From contig OZ024740.1 of assembly GCA_964016885.1 (NCBI GenBank), positions 354,578,001 through 354,642,000 on the forward strand: a stretch of DNA of 64,000 bases, in the 5' to 3' direction. The notes beneath the pieces were generated by a model. The model worked only from the letters and a program-made list of their open reading frames with translations. It ran no database searches and was not told the DNA's origin. Below, piece after piece: positions 49,973 to 64,000 of the stretch. This DNA is from Eledone cirrhosa (taxonomy: Eukaryota). Positions within the stretch are counted from its first letter, which is position 1. Every line of letters starts with the position of its first letter. Both the position numbers and the translations under genes were made by a program.

Positions 49973-52059
49973 GCAGTACTTCCATCCACTATTGTTTGGT
50001 AATAAAGAGGAAGAAGGACCCTTAACTCTTGAGGGAGTTGTAGGGATACCATCATGACACATGGCATGTCATGGGCATTTTTACCTGGTGGTGCCCATCC
50101 CAGTGCAGTCAGAACTCAGCCAAATTCTTCCAGAGGAGAAAGAAAGAAAGAATGAATAAATAAATAAATAAGTTGACCCTAATGCTGTATTGGTACTTCA
50201 TGTATTGACCTTGAAAGGATGAAAGGTAAAGTTGACCTTGGCAGGTTTTGAACTCTGAGCACAAAGAGTTGAAACAAATACCAAGGTATTGTTAATCCAA
50301 TGTCCTAGCAACTCTGCTAATTAATTGTCCTGGTAATAAAGAACAACACTAAAAAAACACTTTTCAGCTTTTATTTAGCAACCCAAATAAAATGCTCAAG
50401 ATATAAGTTTTAATAACAATAGGTTCATAATAAAAGACTTAGTGATAATAAGGTAGAGATAAGTAGACTTAGTGATAATAAGGTAGCGAACAGAGTTGAC
50501 CACATCGTTTCATTTGATTTATGTCAGTTAAACTCTTAGAAAATATATGAACACCAACATCTGAATTTCTCTTGCCATAAAAAAATCTCAAGCTTCATAT
50601 ATGTAAGGAACATATATGTGCAGCATTTGACTAAATTTATTATACGTTTGTAAGCATGTTTAGAATTACTTGGTATTAAAATCTAAGTTAAGTAGTACTT
50701 ATGGGTAATAACTAAGCTTTGGTAATTTGAAACGTCTATAAATTCTCTTGTATAGCTGGGCTCATGCACTCTAAATTAAATGTAAATTAGTTAAATATAT
50801 GGAACATGATAATGATTTGACAAACAATCCTGCCGAGGTTAACTTTGCCTTTCATCCTTACGGGGTCGATAAAATAAAGTACCAGTATTGGGTAATTGCT
50901 GGCCTTGTGCCAAAAGTAGAAACAATTATTATATCAATTTTACTTCACGTAGCATATAGCATCATCTCCTATATATGCATAAACATGAGTATTTTATTAA
51001 CTTAGCTTAAAACCCAAGTTAATAAGAGATCAAAAACCTAAACTATTACCATTTCAAGCTTTTCTTAGATCCTCAAATGTCATTGATTTAGACATAAACA
51101 TATATCAGAAAGGCCTACAAAGACTCTATTTACTATTCTGTAAACCAAACAATAAAAAGGCCTTTTGTAAATTCTTGAATATATCGCTATAATCGCTTTT
51201 ATTAACTTTTTAGCATTGAGAAATTTAGGAATGGGTTTTACAACAATCAAAATTTAAATATTAAAGTTATATGTTAAATAGTTAAGCTAATACAGAAGTA
51301 ACAGATGATCCCAAAACATGATATTGTAAAACCATGGTGCCTGAATATCTACAATATTGTATCATTTTGACATACAAAGGTGTTTTATATTCATATCAGA
51401 TGAAAAATGATATACAATAAGTGTGGGTGGGAAATCTGAAGATACAAGTCAAATCATATCTGTTTAGAGATAAAATTATAATTGCATTAGTATACTGATG
51501 TCTTTCCAAGTTTCCCTATTGTTTTGTTGGTTATGTAGGAAGTAACATCACATCCACAGAAAGGATGTAAAAACTCATCCCACAAAAGCATGGTTTATTC
51601 TCAATTGCCTGAGTGTCCTCTGGAAATCTTCATTATGAGATGATCTTAAGAGTAGCTTCTTCTGTGCCACTGCAGCTCACACTGTAAAGTGGTTGTGTAG
51701 GCATCAGAACAAAAAGCACCCAGTACTCACTGTAAATGAGGTTGGTGCTAGAAGGGCATCCAGCTGTAGAAACCAAGCTGAAATTGGTTCTGTATGAACA
51801 AGACATAGTCACCTGACCTGGCATTGCTCACAAGAGGATAACTATTTAACCCATGCCAGCATGGAAAAATGGACGTTAAACGATGATGATGATGATGTAT
51901 GGGTTCATTGCCTGAACACTCATGAAACATTTTCATGCAAGATTTGATGGTGCTTTCATATGCATATTACCAACCATTCTGAATATCTCCTTGCTAAAAG
52001 CATCCAATCAAACAAAAACTATTCATCAATATTTCTGCAATAACCAATACCGTTAATAG

Positions 52060-52640
52060 CAGATGCATGTACTTTGCAGGACATTGCTAGAGGGCTAGAT
52101 CAGAACTCATTAGTGATATACTCCTATGGACACCATGACATAGATATACATAGGTCAGACATCCAGCAAAAACCTTTATCCACCAGCTCCGTATGGGCAT
52201 GAGGTGTTGCCCTGCTGACTTTTCAAATGTTATAAAGGATCAAAATAGATCACATGATCAAGCCAAATAAATCTGAGAAAGTTCCTCCAGATGATGATGA
52301 GATAAGAAACCAGTGAATCAGGGTTCCCCTGTGATGCTTAAGCTGATAAATGACTGACTAGTCAAATGTTATACACTCATCCTCATCATTAGTCCCTTAA
52401 CTTCAGTAATTGTTGGGAGGATCCGACTGCAGAAGCAGCACTCATTCAAAATAGTCTATCAACAGTGGCCATCAGCAAATCTGGTGTAGTCATGTACGTT
52501 CATTCTTTGACATTGTCCAATCAGTTTTTGTGTTGGCATCCCCCTCCTGTGTCCACCTTCAATGGTGCCTTGCATGAAGGTCTTGCACAGGCTGTCATGT
52601 CATGTGACATGACCAAACCACGTCAGTTTCCTCCTCACTG
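52060..52640. mobile_element. Old RTE-type 3' remnants (plus about 52060-52300; minus about 52380-52640)
   Basis: FAGHC*R..ELISDILLWTP on plus; WFGHVT.HDSLCKTFMQGTIEGG.RRG on minus. Confidence 0.6.
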
Positions 52641-53434
52641 TTATACACTAATACCAAAAGATAAAAATAATGAGCAAAATAGCTTTAAAAAAAAAGAAGA
52701 AATTTTTTTAAATAATCCAGAAACAAAAAATGAATAACATTTTATTTCTATTTTTGTTTGAAACAATGTATAGGAATGAAGTTCAGGATAGATAATTATT
52801 TCATGCAAATTTCTTCTTAACTTGTTATCAAACATTATCTGATTGGCTGACTGTAATTAGTGGAATAAATTAAATGTTTATTCGATTGAGTTCATTTAAA
52901 AAGTATTTCTCTTTAGACTATGTTTAGCTGAAAGATTAATTATCAATTACTTGTTTAGACCATGAAAATGTATTTTATGCTAGTGGTGTTAGATTATGAA
53001 TCAATGGCAGAGTTGTTATGACTGAGAACAAAATGCTTTGCAGTATTTATTCTGGTTAGGGTGATAGATTAACAGAGTCGTTAGAATGTCAGTACCATTT
53101 TGATTGATGCAAGTCCTACAGGTCATCTCTACCTTCAGGTGGAGTCTGCCGGATTTCTAGGTTCTGTGGCCCCAGGACCAGACTTTCACTTGCTGAGACG
53201 CTAAGCTATATGTCATGTTCCACATTCTGAAGATCTCAGTCTCAAGGTCTTTATATTTAGACAGTTTTTCCATCAACTTACTATCTCATACAAGTTTTAT
53301 CTTTGGCCTGTTTTGTCAGATTTCCCTATTTTTCTGCACTGACATGCCCTGTGGGATGGTAACAATCATTCTTGGCAATTATTTCTGGTTTGTAGTCATA
53401 TCATTTTTCAGAGACTTTGATATTATATTATTAT

Positions 53435-54440
53435 TACTCCATTCTCTGCCTCAAATGCAAACAATGGGTACACAAGAGATGTAGCGGGATCTCAGGAAGC
53501 TTAATTAAGAATGTAGGCTTCACATGCAGCAGCTGTGCTGGGACAACAAGCAGCAAACAGCCACAGGAAACAAGTACCACCAATCTCTGGGAGGGCTCTG
53601 TAGAAACAGTAGACAGCTTCAGCTACCTAGGTGACCGAATTAGCAGCGGAGGTGGGTGTTCAGAAAGTACAATAACTAGGGTAAGAACGGGATGGAAGAA
53701 GTTTAGCGAACTACTATCACTGCTAGCTGCAAAAGGCAGACTGTATGATGCGTGTATCCGAACAGCGATGTTGCATGGTAGTGAGACCTGGGCACTGAAG
53801 GTGGAAGACTTACGTAGATTAGAGAGAAACGAAGCCTGCATGCTCTGATGGATGTGTAATAGTAATATACGCGAACGACAAAGTATAAATGAATTGAGAG
53901 AGAGACTGAACATAAGAGGAATCAAATGCTGTGTGCAGGAGAGGCGGATGCGTTGGTATGGATATGTGATGCATATGAAGGATGACAGCTGCATAAAAAG
54001 GTGCAGAGCACTAGAAGTCGATGGAAACCGTGGAGTGGGGAGACCCAAGATGACCTGGGATGAGGTGATAAAAGCTGACCTTACCCAATTACACCTCTCA
54101 AAGGCAATGACACACGACCGTGACCTCTGGCGTCACGCAGTAATACAGAGTACCCGACCTCCCATGGGTACAAGCTGAAGCATATAGACAATATGCCCCC
54201 ACACCCCCCACTGCAAGGTGGTCGTGGAGGTGCCCCGGCAAAAAAGCACCCAGCCCACACTGTAAATGAGGTTGGTGTTAGGAAGGGCATCCAGCTGTAG
54301 AAATCAAGCCAAATCAGTTCCTGTATGAGCAAGGCATGGTCAGCCGACCAGACACTGTCCACAACAGGACAACCCATCTAACCCATGCTAGCGTGGAAGA
54401 ACGGACGTAAAACGGTGATGATGATGATGAAGATGATGAT
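53435..54440 (+). mobile_element. 5'-truncated RTE LINE (starts inside the PHD) with tail
   Basis: ORFs 53417-53848 and 53852-54178; 3'UTR; (GAT)n. Confidence 0.93.
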
Positions 54441-55779
54441 TAAAGAAATCATCATTATCCTAATTTAAGGAGAGGTGGGGAGGCTGATTTGCAGAATCAT
54501 GAAAACATTGGACAAAATATTTTCTGTTATTTAGTTATAACAGTTTATGTTCTGAGTTCAAATCCGAACAAAGTTAGCTTTGCCTTTCATCCTTACAGAG
54601 TCGATAAAACAAAGTACAAGTAACCCACTGAGGTTGATTTATTCAATTTTTCCCTTCATTTCAGATTGCTGGCCTTATGCTAAAAGTAGAAACAATTATT
54701 ATTGCTAGTAGTAGTAGCTATTTGTAGTTAAATGAAAGCCTGGGAGAAATTCAGATGTTTTTATTGCCATGGATATGTCAGAAATTAATTGAATGAAAAA
54801 TATGCACCAATAATAACAGCAATAACTATTAAAACATCAGTAGTTGATCGTGAGAAATAAAAGCCATATTGTTTATCTAAAATAAGACTCAGTGAGACAG
54901 GGTACTTAATCAATTTGGAATTAACAAACCATATTAGCAAGAGGTTCTTGAAAAGTACAAAACAGCATCATTAAAAAATTAAATTACTGTAGTTTACAGC
55001 AAATTTTCATAACAATCTGCCCACCAGTAAAGATAGTATAAACATTTGAATTAACAAACCCATTTTTAGTTATTTTCTGCTGAATCATTATGGAGTTTTA
55101 AATGTTATGCAAGAAAATAAAATAAGCTTGCATGTCATACTGATAAAGCATGTGTTGAGTTTCATTAGATTTTGTTAAAGTACCAGTAATGCACTGGGTA
55201 ATTGCTGGCCTTGTGCCTAAAGTAGAAACAATTATCTCATAAACATATCCTTGGCCTAACACGTCATTCAGTTTAACACATGATCCTTTAGTACCATAAC
55301 ATGTGCGTGTGTGTGTGTGTGTGTGCATGTGTGTGCAAACCTGTGTGTGTGCGTGCATGTGTGTGTGTGAGTGTTTGCATTGGAGGTGGCATGTGTGTTA
55401 TGGTACAAAGAATTGTGCAAACAAAAAGGAGAAAAAGTGTACACAATATATATTTCAAACATCATCTTTTTAGATCCATTTTTCTATGCTCACATGGATT
55501 GGATGGGTCCTTTCTAGCTCAGTCTCCTTCCACTTGTAGTATTCCTTCATCATCTCCTCGGTGAGAGATCTGCTCTCACCACATCTGTCCAGGTTTTCCT
55601 TGGTCTTTCTCTGCTAGAATCTCTTAGCACTTCTTCAACCAACAATTATCATCTATATACATTATATGTCCATACTAGCACAATCAAACTAAATTTAGAT
55701 AGTGCACCTATCTGCAACATTCCGCTTAATAGCAATTGCCAGATAATATCTATAATTTATTTAACTAAAGTTGTCTTAA

Positions 55780-55986
55780 CCCTTTAGCATTTACATTACT
55801 CTATATTTACTACTGTATTTTCAAGGTAAACACTTATCTCACATAATATCGAATCTATGAGATTTTGATATTATTTATTTTGAGAATAATACCTTAACAT
55901 AAGTATGAGTGGCTGGTTATGGCTGGTTTGAACAGAAAGAGATGAGAGAATTCTGGCCAGATACTGCCAGTTTAAATGCTAAACGG
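55780..55986. mobile_element. TTAA-type MITE, intact ends
   Basis: TTAA|CCCTTTAGCATTTA ... TAAATGCTAAACGG|TTAA. Confidence 0.88.
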
Positions 55987-56679
55987 TTAAGTGACAACTC
56001 TTCACCTAAATTCTACATTGAACTCAATGACCACAGCTTTAAATCATAGATCTATCACCTTTTAAGGACCCGGTATGACAGCTTTATCAAAATACTAGCA
56101 AAGTAGCTTATCGTTGCTGAGTAATTCTTCCTTATGCGTCATCTCCTGTTATTTATTCCCCATGGCCCATCCCCAAAGTGGTTTCAATGGAAATTTACTC
56201 AGCGGTGCTGTATGTTGAAATGGTATCAGTTACTTGTTGTATACTTTAGTGTGAGTGTCCTTATGTTAACATCGACTGACCTCTGTGAGGACAAAACTTT
56301 GCCTAATAACGAAAACAATACTGATGGGGCATAGCCTAGGATAGATCAATGAATTATCATCAAATGTCTTGCTAAATAGCTAGATATCTAATATATATTT
56401 GAGAGTATGTTTGTATGTATGTTTGTATGTATGTGTGTATGTATGTGTGTATGTATGTGTCAAGGGTTGACATAATCTTGTAATCTTGTATCAGTAAGGA
56501 CGGTAATATATATATATGTGTGTGTGTAAGTGAGTAGCGTGTGTGTGTTTGTTTGTATGTATGAGTGTTGGTGTGTGCATGCGTATGTATGTGTGTGTGT
56601 GCGCGTGTGTGTATGTCGTACGTATAAGTGTCAATAAGTGAGTTTTGTTGTTGTTTTTTTGTTTTGTTGTTTTTTTATG

Positions 56680-56960
56680 CGCGGGGACATAGAAATAATC
56701 GGGCTGGATGCCCGATCGCGCAGTTAAACCACTGGAAGTGAAGAACCCCTAGCCCTTGTCAGGGCATTTTCTAGGAGAAGGCATCTCAGGAAACTGGGTT
56801 AATTCCGACATAAAACCTGCGGCTTAGTAGTTACCGATGATGTTGATCTTTTCTTCTTTTCGGGTTATAGCTACTGTCGCTCAGAGAGTGGGATTGGCAC
56901 TTTAAAAATGTTCGTCACGCACAGGCATTGCACGATTGCATTAATTAATAATTACTAATA
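56680..56960 (+). mobile_element. Probable 5'UTR of the RTE-BovB-like element that continues at 60540
   Basis: CpG-containing island with CTAGGAGAAGG..AAACC, similar to RTE 5'UTR motifs; separated from the ORF only by the Dong insertion (inference). Confidence 0.5.
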
Positions 56961-56990
56961 GTGTATTATTATTATTATTATTATTATTAT

Positions 56991-59900
56991 TGTTCTTTGA
57001 GTCTCAGTCATTGATGTTATTTAACTGGAAAGTTTGTTGAAATGAATATCAAGCCACTACCTGCAGCCTCAATTAATCAGGACGTATCGGAGGGTTCTTG
57101 CTGTTCCCAGCAAGCATGCCTTTTGAAGTGTTCCAAAAAGCGGGGTGGGACCAATTTTCTTTAACCATCCTTGGAAACTCTTTGAGATAGTACCTAGTGC
57201 GCCTATGACAATCGGGACCACTTTGACCTCATGGCAGTTCCAAATCCTTTTTTCCTCCCACTTCAAGTCCTGGTATCGGTTAATTTTCTCCCTCTCCTTC
57301 TCTTGCGCTCTCGTGTCGAATGGGCAGGCTACATCCACAATCAGGCACGATCTTTTTCCCTTGTCCAAAACCACCAGGTCAGGTCTATTGTGTTCCAGTT
57401 TCTTGTCCGTCTGTATCCTAAAATCCCACAGCACCTTCACCTGATCGTTTTCCATCACCGACTGTGGCTTATGCTCATACCACTTCTCAGAATGTAGTAA
57501 ATTGTTTACTTTGCATAGGTGCCAGTGGATCACCCTGCCCATCACATCATGTCTCCAGCCCTTATAGTGAGTCTGGGCTAGGTGTTTACACTCGGATACA
57601 ATGTGAGCCACAGTCTCCTCTCTCTCTCCACAGATCCTACACAGTGGGCTAGCCTCCTCCTTGTAAATATGGTGTTTCAGCCACTTCGTTTTGAGGGCCT
57701 GCTCTTGCGCAGCCATTAGCATTCCTTCTGTAGCCTTTTTAAGGTCTCCTCTTTTCAACCAGTTCCATGTCTGTGGATCTCTAAATTCAGTTTTCTCAAA
57801 GAAAGCACTATGAAGGGATTTTTCATGAAGGTTGCTCTTTCTCCTTGTTATTTCCTCCTTGGACATCCCCTGGTCTATTGTCCTCTCCTTCAGTACAATT
57901 CTGAGCATTGGCTCCTTACTATCAGTCACGTATTTGTGTAGGTTGTTTTTCTCCATCTGAACACAGTCCGCTATGCTGATAAGACCTCTTCGACCTTCAG
58001 ATTTCCTTAAGTAGAGTCTATCGACATCACTCCTCTAGTGGAACATGTTGTAGATAGTCAATATCTTCCTAGTCTTCCTATCCATTTCTTTTTGTTCAGC
58101 AACATTCCATCTCAGACTTCCCGCACTATACCTAATAATAGACACAGCTCGGGAATTTACTGCACTTATGGCATTCCTACTGTTCAGATGTGACTTTAAT
58201 ACGCTCCTTACTCTCCGAATGTACTCAGATCGTATCAATTCCTTCATTTTTTTTGTTCTTGATGTCATCAGCCTCCAGAACACCTAAATACTTGTATCCC
58301 TCTTCAGCATCAATTTCCTTTATCATCTCACCTGTTGGTACCTGGATTCCGTTGCTTCTGCTCAATTTCCCCCTCTTCATCACAAGGACTCCACACTTAC
58401 TAATACCAAATTGCATACATATATCATTGCTGAAAATACGGACAGTGTCAACAAGCACATCCAACTCCTTTTCACTCTTCCCGAAGAGCTTAAGATCGTC
58501 CATGAAGAGGAGGTGATTGATGGTAAGCTCTCCCTTTCCCAACTTGTATCCAGCTCTCACTTTTCACAGTACAATGATCAGGGGGATCAGGGCAAGGACA
58601 AACAACAGAGGAAACAAACTATCTCCCTGGAAGATACCTCTCTTGATCTTCATGCCTCCCAAGGATTCTCCGCCCGATGTTAACTCTTTTTTCCAGGACT
58701 TCATACTTTTGCTCAACAACTGTCTGATGTTATCTGCCACCCTGAAGATCTCTAGGCTTTCGGTTATCCAAGAATGAGGCACCATGTCAAATGCCTTTTT
58801 GTAATCTATCCATCCCATGGCAAGACCAGTGTGTCTCCTCTTGCAATTCCTCATTACCATCTTATCAATAAGTAACTGGTCCTTTGTACCACGGGACTTC
58901 TTTCGGCATCCTTTCTGTTCGTCCGGTAACAAGTTGTTTGTGTGGAGGTGGTGGTAGATTTCCTCAGACACAATGCTTGTTAACAGTTTCCACATTATGG
59001 ACAGACATGTGATAGGTCTATAGTTGGTAACATCATTACCCTTGGTTCAGTCTTTCATTACCAGAACTGTGGTACCTTTTGTCAACCACTCTGGTACCTC
59101 ACCTGACATCAAGTAGTCATTGAACATAGTTGTCAGTTTCGGGTGGAGGGATGTTATATTTTTAATCCAATACCCCTGCACACCATCTGGGCCTGGTGAT
59201 TTCCAGTTGGTTAGTTTTCTGGCCTGCCCCTTAAGAGTTTCAACTGTGATACTCAAATCAGTTTGTTGGTGTGCCTGTTCACTAATCTCCTTTTGTACTG
59301 TCTCAATCCACACTGCCTGATCATTATGTTCAACATCCTCCTCCCATATTTCTCTCCAGAATGTCTTAGTTTGTTCCGCCTCAGGGATCAAGTCGTTGCC
59401 TCTTTATCTCCCTTCAAGCTGCCCAAACAACATTTTCTGGTTGTTGTCAAACATGCGGTTCTGTCTATACTGACTGATTTTGCTCTTGTATCGCCTAATC
59501 TTTGCGCTCTTTGCTACATTGCGTTGCTTCAGCGCCTCTATGATAATATTTAGCTTTTTCCTCCTAGTTTTGTACTTTATTTCCAGTCTAATTTTAGTGT
59601 CTATGTTTTGTAGTGTCCCATTCAGTAGGGACTCAAGCTTTCCAATGTCATTTCTCATTTCCCTGATTTGACCATTCAGTCGTTTCTTCCACCAAGGTTC
59701 TGATCTTTCTTGTTTCTTGTTTCCTCTCGCTTTTATGCCAAGTAATTTCCTCACTGCATTTGCTGTTGCTTTGAGGATATTGTTGCACTGGTGAAGGTTC
59801 CTCGCCTCAAGGTATGGGATGACTTTGTTTACCTTAGCTGTTGTTTCTTTTAACTTTTTCCTGTCTACAAATCTTAGGTTCATAGGTTTCCCACTATCAT

Positions 59901-60487
59901 TGTTCATTTCATCTACCACTAAGTTTAGGATATCAACCAAATCTTGTCCTAGCCCGCCAGCATTCATTTCCTCAATGGCCGTATCTTTGTTCCAGGTATT
60001 ATTTATTTCAGCATTCAGATCATTGTCTGCTTCGGTTGCTTCCTCCGTTCTCTCAACATCTTCACCTTCATCTCCCACTGGCTCGTTTGCCTGGCATACT
60101 CCACTCTCCATTTCCAATCTAATCTCTCTGCTGAGTTCCTCCAGTTCCAGCACGCTTATCCACCCATTAGTTCTTATTACCCGAACCTGCCCGGCCAATT
60201 TTTGTTCATATAATTTAAATAGACCAATCTCATTCCAGATGCTAGGCATCCGTTTCCTATAGCCTTTTTCCGTGGGGTTACTCTTCAGGTAACATTGCAT
60301 AACAGTTCTATTCAAGTCTTTCGTCCACTTGGTTCTGGTCCCTTTCCTTCTTCTTCTCCAACACCAGCAGTATTTGGATGACAGCCAGGTCCCTGCTGCT
60401 GGGCCAGGGATCACTTGCTGGGTGAAAGTCTGTCACATGACATTCCAGTCTCCACTTCACCGTTATCCGAACTGTTTAGGTTCAACA
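56991..60487 (-). mobile_element. Near full-length R4/Dong-clade LINE (RT + restriction-like endonuclease), frameshifted
   Basis: KWT..N..VM.CY N-terminus, [68 protein letters not shown]; (TAA)n on both sides. Confidence 0.95.
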
Positions 60488-60539
60488 TTATTATTATTAT
60501 TATTATTACTATTATTATTACTTTTTTTTTTTTTCAAAA

Positions 60540-63500
60540 TTCAATGATGTTCCAAAACAATATAAAAGAGATAATTGGCAATAAAGGTTCTGGAACAAAA
60601 AAGATAATTGGCAATAAGGGCAGGGGCCCCAGGTTATCACAGCCTGGGCCCGCTCATTATCGTGCCACTGTAATAGAGCCAAACAAGGCATTTAGTCTTG
60701 GCTGCTGGAACGTACGCACGCTGCTTGACATGGATTCCTTGGAGTGTCCTGAACGAAGGACCACTCTTGTTGCAAAGGAGCTTTGACGTTACGATCTTGA
60801 CATCGTGGCTTTATCTGAGATGAGGTTAGCTGGAGATGGTCATCTTACAGAATTTTGTGGAGAATATACATTCTTCTGGAAAGGAAGTGATGAAGGAACC
60901 AGAAGAGAGGCTGGGGTAGCATTTTGCTGTTAAGACTGTTCTTGTGAATAAATTAGAAGAATTCCCAGTAGGGATTAGTGAGCGTCTTATGTCCATGAGA
61001 GTTCCGCTGGACAAAGGAAGATATGCTACCCTGGTGAGTGTGTACGCTCCAACTATGAATTCTGTCGATGAAGAAAAAGTGTCCTTTTACCATGCCTTGA
61101 AAGGTGTTTTAAGAAATATCCCTCAGGCAGACAAAGTCATCGTGCTTGGTGACTTTAATGCTAGAGTGGGTAGGGATTTTAACACATGGAATGTAATCGG
61201 AAGGCATGGGGTGAGAAAGTATAATGGTATGCTCCTGCTGCAGATGTGTGAGGAGCTGGATCTATGTGTTACCAACACCATGTTCCAACAAAGGAACAAA
61301 TTCAAGACCACATGGATGCATCCTGCATCTAAGGAATGGCATCTTTTGGACTACGTCCTAGTCAGGATGCGTGACAGACAGGATGTGCAGTGTGTTCGTG
61401 TTCTTCGTGGAGCTGAGTGCTGGACGGACCACCGCCTGGTACGCGCAAAAGTGAAACTAATCACTAAACGTAAAATCCGGGCTCCTGGTGTTGCCCTGCC
61501 CAGAAGATTGAATGCTGCTCGTCTTAAGGATAAAAATGTGAAGAGGACATTGCAAGAAGGTTGCAGATCTTGGTGAGGATTGCGCGACCCTTAAAAAGTC
61601 GGTTTATGATGTAGGCAGGTGTGTTCTGGGATTGGTGCAGAGAAAACATCAGGACTGGTTTAATGAGAATGATGTACATATAGAAGACTTGTTGGCTGAT
61701 AAGAGGCGTGCTCTGTCACGCTACTTGATGGCAAAACCACAGGAGAGGAATATGTTGCATACGGAACTCAAGGATGTGAAATCACGTGTTAGGCAGAGTC
61801 TTTCTCAGATGAAAGATCAGTGGTGGAGTGAGAAGGCTGATGAGATACAAACTGCATCAGATTCCAATAACACAAAGCTGTTCTACAGTCTCTTGCGTGA
61901 GGTTTATGGACCGTCTTCTTCTCTGGTGACACCGCTTCGCAGCAAGGATGGCAAAGAACTTCTTCGTGACTCACAAGGAATTCTACGAAGGTGGCGAGAG
62001 CACTTTGATGATCTTTTGAATCAGCCGTCTTTCGTCAATGAAGATTTCTTCAATCTTATTCCAGAAAGTCCTGTGAAAGTAGTTCTCGCAGAACCTCCGA
62101 CGCTTGTGGAGGTTGGAGTGGCTATCTTGAAGCTGAACAGTGGAAGGTCTCCAGGTATGGATGGCATACATGCTGAGCTCCTACAATATGGTGGTGAGAG
62201 ACTCCTGCAACATCTTCACTCTTTGTTTGGCAGGATATGGGCTAATGAATCCGTACCTGAGGACTGGAGAGATGCAGTAATGGTGGTCTTGTACAAGGGA
62301 AAGAGTAACAGGAATGATTGTGGGAACTACAGAGGTATATCATTGCTTTCTGTTGTAGGGAAAGTTTTATGTAGGGTGCTTCTGGACCGTCTGCTGACAC
62401 ACATTGGAGATTGTGTTCTTCATGAAAGTCAATCTGGTTTTCGTGCTGGACGCGGCACTACTGATATGATCTTCTCAGCTAGACAGCTCCAGGAGAAGTG
62501 CATGGAACAAGTTTTAGATCTGTATCAGGTTTTTGTCGATCTGACAAAAGCTTTCGATACTGTTAACAGAAATGCATGATGGAAGGTTCTCCAGAAACTT
62601 GGTTGCCCTGATAAGTTCCTTGCTTTAGTTAGGTCTTTCCATGACGACATGAAGGCTTGGGTTAATGTCAGAGGTAACAAGTCGGAGCCTATCTCAGTAA
62701 AAAATGGAGTGAAACAGGGGGGTATTCCAGCACCAACCCTGTTTGCCATATACTTTGAAATGGTTTTCTATATTGCATTCAGGAATTGCGAGCATGGTGT
62801 TTACATCCAATATCAAACCTCAGGCAGCATATTTAACATCAGGCGCTTTGCTGCAAAGACAAAAGTATTTACATCAATCATAAGAGACCTCTTGTATGCA
62901 GATGATTGCGATCTTGTAGCGCACACAGAGAGTGATATGCAGCACATTTTGAATACATTTTCTGATGCTTGCACTGCCCTAGGATTGACTGTCAGTCTCA
63001 AGAAAACCGTCGTCATGTACCAACCTGCCCCTGGTAAGCAGTACAGTGAACCAAATATCTATGTGTAAGGAAAACAACCGCCATATAAACCAAAAAAGAG
63101 GTATAAGGATTCCTTGAAAGCCTCTTTGAAAGACACTAACATCTCTGCTGATACATGGGAAAATATTGCTGCTGATCGTAATAAATGGAGAAGGACTGTA
63201 TATGAGGGAAAAGTTGCTTTTGAGGCATCTCGGATCGCATACGAGAAAGTAAAGCGGGATGTGAGGAAGGGCATTGCTGTTGCACTTCCAGACGGCGAGG
63301 GTCCTCTTATGGTGCTGACATGCAGCGGCTGTGCGAGACTCTGCCTAAGCAAAGGTGGGCTCGAAAGTCATCTTCGCAGTCATAAAGTAAGACCAGTGGT
63401 TGACTACCAGGCTGCTGTTGAAGATGCTACTCATCATGCCTGCCAAGCATGTGGTAGAGAATGTAAATCAGCAGGAGGGCTCAAACGACATGCAAAAGTT

Positions 63501-63835
63501 CATGAACTCCAACCACAGCCGGCTATTCCCAGTGAATGTTTTGGTTGCCGACTCTGTGCAAGACATTTTAGATCATTGGCTGGGCTAAAAAGCCACATTC
63601 GATCGCAGTGCTGTTAATTGCTATCATGTGTGTGTATAGATATGTTTAAGTGTGTGCGTGTGTGTGTATATATAATATGTATATTATTATTGTTGTTGTT
63701 GTCGTTATAATTATTGTTGTTATTATTATTATTATTGTTATTAATATATATATATATATTTTTTTTTTTTCTCGTGCAATGGCCATACTCGATAACGAGG
63801 CGGCAGTCATCATGTATGTGTGTATGTATGTGTGT
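60540..63835 (+). mobile_element. RTE-BovB-like LINE pseudogene (APE endonuclease + RT + C-terminal zinc fingers), internal deletion near 63068
   Basis: GCWNVRTL, YAPT, GDFNARVG, TTWMHP, LDY, TDH, SPGMDG, NYRGISLLS, QSGFR, FVDLTKAFD, GVKQG, LLYADD; three CxxC..H fingers; (ATGT)n tail. Confidence 0.95.
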
Positions 63836-64000
63836 ATGCTGCTGAAAGGCTCCAAAATGGTGCATCCTAGAGAAAAACGCATTTGATTATCGAAATCTAT
63901 GTCCCAAAGAAAAGATTTTGGGGTACATGGAGTTTCTTAATTCTGAAAAGAATAAAAGAGGAATAAAGAAAAACAAAAAAAGTAATGCTATCAATCACTG

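Noticed and set aside
56680-56830. HDV-like ribozyme at the RTE 5' end
   Set aside because: Could not build the P1/P1.1/P2/P3 nested pseudoknot by eye; needs a descriptor search

Overview
AT-rich, microsatellite-saturated animal DNA, made up almost entirely of transposable elements. The SINE/LINE complement resembles octopus/cephalopod genomes (inference). No host protein-coding gene, rRNA, true tRNA gene or CRISPR array could be supported. Contents: (1) many 5'-truncated or decayed copies of an RTE-clade LINE whose RT carries an embedded C4HC3 PHD-type finger; the best copy has an open 625-aa ORF at 28478-30355. (2) A near full-length R4/Dong LINE sitting in a (TAA)n tract, apparently nested in the 5' region of an RTE-BovB-like LINE that ends in three C2H2-type fingers. 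(3) Remnants of three Penelope-like elements (PLEs). (4) tRNA-derived SINEs, two non-autonomous Helitrons, TTAA-type and hAT-type MITEs, and mini/microsatellites. The most interesting signal is non-coding: four sequence-unrelated small fold-back element families inserted in (TA)n. Two carry complete type I hammerhead ribozymes on both strands, one family carries a U3-A8 core-variant hammerhead, and all share a covarying hairpin in a one-sided tail. They look like PLE pseudo-LTR or retrozyme-like units. Boundaries of degenerate elements are approximate.
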